Assembly: GCA_001661245.1 (NCBI GenBank) | Contig: KV454012.1 | Location: 650,147 to 714,146 of the forward strand | Source: Pachysolen tannophilus NRRL Y-2460 | Lineage: Eukaryota | Reading direction: 5' to 3' | Length of the DNA stretch: 64,000 bases | Shown: positions 59,196-64,000 of the stretch, piece after piece | How positions within the stretch are numbered: position 1 is the first letter of the stretch | Layout: the number at the start of each line of letters is the position of its first letter | The notes under the pieces: generated by a model | Told to the model about the DNA's origin: nothing | The model's input: only the letters and a program-made list of their open reading frames with translations | The model's database searches: none | Position numbers and translations under genes: made by a program

Positions 59196-62100
59196 TTACT
59201 TTTTGTTGAGAAACATTTTCCTGAAATCGGCGTTTGTCTTCTCTTTCATATCCGTGTTTCTGTTACCATCGTTGTCTTTCGCGATAATGTGATTATTACC
59301 ATTTTCAGTTGAAGCATGGATATTGAACTTCATGCGACGATTACGTCTATTGAGCGCTGAAGGCACCATTAAGCTATCATTTTTCTTATTAAAAGTAGTT
59401 TTTTCGGTATTGTAAATATTCTGAATTTTATTTAATTCCTTTCTATCTCCTATTTTTATTACTCTCCCATCCAACTCCTTACCGGTCAAAAGCATCTCTG
59501 CCTTTCCCGCATCCTTGATAAATTCGAACTCTACTAGAGCGCCGTCGATGTCCCGTCTCAAATCAATTCTTCTGACACTGCCAACTTGAGATTCCAAAAA
59601 ATCCTTCAATTGTAGGGCACTAATCTTATCTGAAATATTTAAAACACTTATTGTTTTCGGACCTATCAAATCATATTGAGTATTAGTCAATGAAACCGAG
59701 TCATGAGATTCTATGATATCTCTTTTCTTCGATTTTACCTCAGCTATAGAAACATCAATTGGTCGTCCTTCTAATATCGAATGGTTCAATTCTAATGAAT
59801 CTTGAGCTGATTTTTTGGTTGCGAAAGTTATGAAACCATAACCGTCATGCAATCTTCCCATGCTTTTACTTCTCAAACTTAAAGGCATATGAATTTTCTC
59901 AATTTCCCCAAATCTACTGAAAATCTCTGATAGCTTATTTTTATCAACTTTGTGGAAATCTAATTTAGAAACATAGACCTCTCTTCCTTCCTCAGTGGCA
60001 CCCGATCTTTGCTTTCTAATTTCAGGGTTTGAGATCTTAACTACAAGTCTGTAAGACGTATTGCCAGTTTTGTCTTTAAACTCTTTATCGTCAAGTTCCT
60101 TTGATGCACGATAAGCTGCCTCTGATGAGGAAAATTCAACATAGCAAAACCTTCTGGACGTATTAGACAGTAATGAAGGAAACCTAATGCTTAAGACATT
60201 ACCAAATTTTGAGAAAACATCTGAAATAAATTCTTTGTTTGCAGTCGGAGGAAAATTAGTGACCCAGCAAGTCGTATTTATTGCACGCTGGACTTCAATT
60301 TCTTTACCATCAATCTTTTTGAAGTTTTTAGTTAATGCAGCCAACACATCACCATAATTAGTGAACTCAATACTTGCCTCGCTTGAATCATCATTGGTTT
60401 TGATAATAGATATATTGAAAATAGTTCCGCAGTCTTTGAAAAAAGCCTGTAACCTTGCCTGCGTTATATCTAAGGGCAAATTCTTGACCAAAACAGTCAA
60501 ATGTTCACGGTCCCTGGTTGGTTTTGTTTCTATCTTTATCTTTTTGTTAGCCGGTACCGTATTTGACGAAGGGCCTGATTCAATAGATCTCTTATTATTA
60601 TTATTATTATTATTATTATCGTGCTTTAATTCCTGCAAAATGGTCTGCTCTTGTTCTTCAATTCTCTTGTTATTAACTTCTTTCATCGACTTTTTGACAT
60701 AATTCTCAGCAGACATATATGCGGCCATCGAACCAAATATTTCTTCATATCTTATGTATTCATCAAAAATTCTCTCAGGCCAATCCATATTCACCGCATT
60801 AAAAATAGCCTCTTTGAAAACCTTACTTACTTGAGTTGCATTCTCTAATTTTTGTTCATATTGAATTCTTAATAGCCAAACTTCTGCTTGTTGCTTAAGT
60901 ATTTCATTTGAAGTTAACAATTTCAACAATTGAAGACACATCTTATTTTCTTGAATTATATCACACAGCTGAATTACTAACCTTTCAATAGTGTGATAAA
61001 CATCGTCAGAATGGTTTTCAACAGCTAGAGTAAAAAAATAGTTCAAGTCATCTTTGAAATCCAGATAAATTGCTTTATTTTGCAGATAAAATTTCAATTG
61101 CCAACGTATGATGGCACCTATTAGCTTTTTTGTATTATCATATGGTACTTCATGATTAAAACATTCACGATAATTTTTCAATATATGAGTTTTTGCATCA
61201 TTAAATTCATCTAGTTCATTAATTTCAAGATCCCATATATAAGCACACCAGCTTAAGCAACTATTTGGATAGGTTCGCACAAATCTTTTTAAAAACTTTC
61301 TTATAGAAATTGATCCATATTCATAAGAAAGATTTATAAAATCTTGCCAAACTGGAATCCAATTTGTATCATCAAATCGATTTCTTACTGCTCTTTCAAA
61401 AATTCCTGTCAAAATAGGTAATTTCTTGAAACTCTTGTTCCCTTTCAATTTCAAATATTCTGTCCAAAATAAAGGATCATCTTTATATTCTTTTTGTAAA
61501 GCTTTAATTTCATTTGACTCTATAAAATCAAGCAATTTTTTTGTTGGTGTATAATAAAATTTTTGTGCATTTAACATTTCCGATTCATAAACTTTATTAA
61601 AATGTGATGAAATAAAAGATGAATATAAACTCCAAGTTTCTTGTAGTTTTAAATGAGGTACTTTTAATCTTTCAATTATGATTTTTTTAACAAAATCTAA
61701 ATTGTACGGTTTTTTGTTCATATTGTTCAAAATGAACTGATAATAAGCATTCCATACAAGATGACTCTCTGGAATATCATACATTGTTTCGGTAACACCT
61801 TTCTCTATCAGTACTTGTAACTCATCTCTAGAAATAAACAGCTCAGATTGTTCATGATATGATATTAAAAAATCAATATAATTTTTCCATAACAGAGATG
61901 ATGATGGGTCATCATTTAACCGAAGTTCAAAATACTGCTTAACCCCACAAAACCTGTCTTTTAAATCTTTGTTCCCCAACTCATCATCATACCACTCATC
62001 CCATTCTTCCAGCAAGGGTACCAAATACTTGAGCATTGAAATCCTACAAGATCGCAACTCTTTGAACATCTTATTTTTTTGTAAACGCAAACATGATATC

Positions 62101-62240
62101 AACTTTGAATACGCATCTCTATTATACGGATCTGCTTCCACCTCCAGATAAAGTTCATCCATATCTTTTGAAACATCCTTCTCTATACACATTGAAACAC
62201 CTATACTCTTCTCATCTTTGCCCAATTCCAATTCTGACAT
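59196..62240 (-). CDS. PRP24: U6 snRNP recycling factor Prp24, long SART3-like form (HAT repeats + 4 RRMs)
   Basis: RDREHLTVLV, RFPSL..NTSRRFCY and the C-terminal Lsm-binding motif TNADFRKMFL. Confidence 0.93.
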   Translation of the reverse strand: MSELELGKDEKSIGVSMCIEKDVSKDMDELYLEVEADPYNRDAYSKLISCLRLQKNKMFKELRSCRISMLKYLVPLLEEWDEWYDDELGNKDLKDRFCGVKQYFELRLNDDPSSSLLWKNYIDFLISYHEQSELFISRDELQVLIEKGVTETMYDIPESHLVWNAYYQFILNNMNKKPYNLDFVKKIIIERLKVPHLKLQETWSLYSSFISSHFNKVYESEMLNAQKFYYTPTKKLLDFIESNEIKALQKEYKDDPLFWTEYLKLKGNKSFKKLPILTGIFERAVRNRFDDTNWIPVWQDFINLSYEYGSISIRKFLKRFVRTYPNSCLSWCAYIWDLEINELDEFNDAKTHILKNYRECFNHEVPYDNTKKLIGAIIRWQLKFYLQNKAIYLDFKDDLNYFFTLAVENHSDDVYHTIERLVIQLCDIIQENKMCLQLLKLLTSNEILKQQAEVWLLRIQYEQKLENATQVSKVFKEAIFNAVNMDWPERIFDEYIRYEEIFGSMAAYMSAENYVKKSMKEVNNKRIEEQEQTILQELKHDNNNNNNNNKRSIESGPSSNTVPANKKIKIETKPTRDREHLTVLVKNLPLDITQARLQAFFKDCGTIFNISIIKTNDDSSEASIEFTNYGDVLAALTKNFKKIDGKEIEVQRAINTTCWVTNFPPTANKEFISDVFSKFGNVLSIRFPSLLSNTSRRFCYVEFSSSEAAYRASKELDDKEFKDKTGNTSYRLVVKISNPEIRKQRSGATEEGREVYVSKLDFHKVDKNKLSEIFSRFGEIEKIHMPLSLRSKSMGRLHDGYGFITFATKKSAQDSLELNHSILEGRPIDVSIAEVKSKKRDIIESHDSVSLTNTQYDLIGPKTISVLNISDKISALQLKDFLESQVGSVRRIDLRRDIDGALVEFEFIKDAGKAEMLLTGKELDGRVIKIGDRKELNKIQNIYNTEKTTFNKKNDSLMVPSALNRRNRRMKFNIHASTENGNNHIIAKDNDGNRNTDMKEKTNADFRKMFLNKK

Positions 62241-62303
62241 CCCTGATTACAGGAAATAAACTGAGAACCAGATTGATTAATACTTTATATTATTAAAAAA
62301 TAC

Positions 62304-62346
62304 CTCATCATCTTTCTTTCAAGTCGTGTGTTGAAATTTTTTTTCA
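62304..62346. promoter_or_regulatory. PAC core (CTCATC) plus RRPE-like element in the PRP24/TMA23 divergent promoter
   Basis: CTCATC at 62304-62309 and TGAAATTTTTTTTCA at 62332-62346. Confidence 0.55.
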
Positions 62347-62423
62347 AACTAATTTTAAAGGAAAATTTTTTAAAAGACCAGATCAAAGGTAAAAGTTGAT
62401 TTAAAAGTTGGTGTTGAGGCAGT

Positions 62424-63053
62424 ATGAATTCCAGTGATTATCTTAAGTCTTATGGCTGGAAAGAGGGAGAACCTTTGAGAAGAGGTGGTTTGAAAAGACC
62501 TATTTTGGTGAAGCACAAGAAGGATACAAAAGGCTTGGGACATGATAGTGGTGATAGTGAAGCATGGTGGGAGAGAGTATTTGATGGACTGTTGAAAGGA
62601 TTAGATGTTATGGGTAATGCTGCGGATGGGATAACGTTTAAACAAAATGAAATAAAGGCCAGTGCGGTGACGAAGAGTCAGTCGCCGTTGTATAAGATGT
62701 TTGTGAAAGGTGAAGGTTTGGTTGGTACTATTGGAAAGACTAGTCACGTGCAGGTGGAACAGATAAAAGTTAATGATATTGAAGAAGTCATTGAGAATTC
62801 TACAAAAATATCGTTTGATTCTCATGGAGGGGTGAAACCGATAAAAGGAAAGAAACTGAAAAGTGGGAAAACTCGAAAAACTGGGAAAACTGGGAAAAGT
62901 GAGAAGAAGGAAGACAAAAAGAAGAAGAAGAAGAAGAAAGAAAAGAAAGAAAAGAAAAGTAGAGATGAGTCTAAAAGTAAAAACAAAAAACGAAAATCTT
63001 CAAATAGTGATGATGATATTTCCAGGAAAAGGACTAAAAAATCGATAAAATGA
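62424..63053 (+). CDS. TMA23: G-patch nucleolar protein Tma23
   Basis: YLKSYGWKEGE...KGLGH, WWERVFDG and a Lys-rich tail. Divergent from PRP24. Confidence 0.9.
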   Translation: MNSSDYLKSYGWKEGEPLRRGGLKRPILVKHKKDTKGLGHDSGDSEAWWERVFDGLLKGLDVMGNAADGITFKQNEIKASAVTKSQSPLYKMFVKGEGLVGTIGKTSHVQVEQIKVNDIEEVIENSTKISFDSHGGVKPIKGKKLKSGKTRKTGKTGKSEKKEDKKKKKKKKEKKEKKSRDESKSKNKKRKSSNSDDDISRKRTKKSIK

Positions 63054-63162
63054 TTGTTGTAAAGATTATAAGGCAGAGAGCAATTGTATGTATACTAGAT
63101 CGGATTTTTAATAAAAATGTTTTAATTAAAATAGGTTAAAAAATATGTCATGTTTCTATCAT

Positions 63163-64000
63163 CTATTTATCTGAAATTTCCGGAAATATTTCAATCAAAA
63201 TCTCATCATATAAAGTATACACCAAATGGTTCAACAAAATCTCATTTTGAAACATTTCGTGAACTTTAATAGCAGCAAACTTACTGTTTGATAATCCAAA
63301 AATTTTGGAAGTTGAATCGATTAAAAATCTTTCCAATATCATTTTTGATTCATTTTTTGTAAAACTTTTTTCTACATTAGACCTAGCTTTAGAACTTTCT
63401 CTAAAAATCCCATTTGGCCATAAAGCATCTTTTAAAAAATTTAAATTATCCAAAATTTTCTCTTCTGACTTGATCAGAAACAAAATATTTTCTCTGGTTT
63501 TTTTCTCTATGGTTGAACCTAATATTCTTTGTAAAATTACCAATACTGCCCGTCCTCTTAACCAACTATTAGATTTATTAAGTGAAAAAATAGATATTAT
63601 AAAATCGCAAATTGGTTTGACAAAAGAAATCTCGCCTTGATCATCAAATGCATTCAATTCATTTTGCATTTCATTTACTTGTAGCTCATATTCGTCCATG
63701 TCAGTTACTGGCGAATCAGATTGCAGTCTATCAGATTGCAGTCTATCACTTGAATTCTTGTTGGTCGAATCACTAGATTTCTTAGAGGACAATCTGTTCG
63801 ATGAAATAGAACTTGGATTGGCAAATGGAAATGTATTTGATATTCCATTATACAACTTGGTTGCAACAGTTTCAAGATTTGACCGTTTACCATTTTTGGT
63901 AGACGAATTTAAAGAATCACTAAATTCCAAATTAAAAACTTCTGATGATAAAAACGATCTGAATAACTTATTGGAACATACATCTGGCATTTTAATCAAA
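63163..64000 (-). CDS. MDM1: Mdm1 sorting nexin (PXA-RGS-PX-Nexin_C), C-terminal part
   Basis: FVKPICD.I..IF.L....WLRGRA...LQ.ILGSTIEK and LWPNG motifs. Truncated by the window end. Confidence 0.85.
   Translation of the reverse strand, partial: LIKMPDVCSNKLFRSFLSSEVFNLEFSDSLNSSTKNGKRSNLETVATKLYNGISNTFPFANPSSISSNRLSSKKSSDSTNKNSSDRLQSDRLQSDSPVTDMDEYELQVNEMQNELNAFDDQGEISFVKPICDFIISIFSLNKSNSWLRGRAVLVILQRILGSTIEKKTRENILFLIKSEEKILDNLNFLKDALWPNGIFRESSKARSNVEKSFTKNESKMILERFLIDSTSKIFGLSNSKFAAIKVHEMFQNEILLNHLVYTLYDEILIEIFPEISDK

Overview
This is AT-rich, gene-dense budding-yeast (Saccharomycotina) chromosomal DNA with about 31 protein-coding genes, five short spliceosomal introns that the ORF track misses (NUXM, MRM2, SEC27, SAR1, NUP188), many microsatellites and two N gaps. 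I saw no tRNA, rRNA, transposon or CRISPR. The most important hidden signal is that CTG codons repeatedly fall where homologues have Ala or another small/non-Leu residue. This points to a CUG-reassigned genetic code, most likely CUG=Ala (table 26, Pachysolen/Nakazawaea-type; the species is my inference), so the supplied translations are probably wrong at CTG. Gene order preserves ancestral blocks known from S. cerevisiae: YER034W/EDC2/ARB1; RPL1/MRM2/SEC27/SAR1/BMS1/PCL/FLC; RRN9/RSN1/PPA2/PRP24/TMA23 with NUP188/MDM1; and ARO4-HIS7. Other items worth checking are a recurring promoter motif GTCGTG/CACGAC, an AVEN-like orphan protein, a divergent second delta-9-type desaturase, a long HAT-type Prp24, a perfect hairpin in the SEC27 intron and several motif clusters. 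The 1-kb tandem duplicate at 40.1-42.2 kb is probably an assembly artefact. Homologue comparisons are from memory, not from searches. I found no convincing wholly new biological system.
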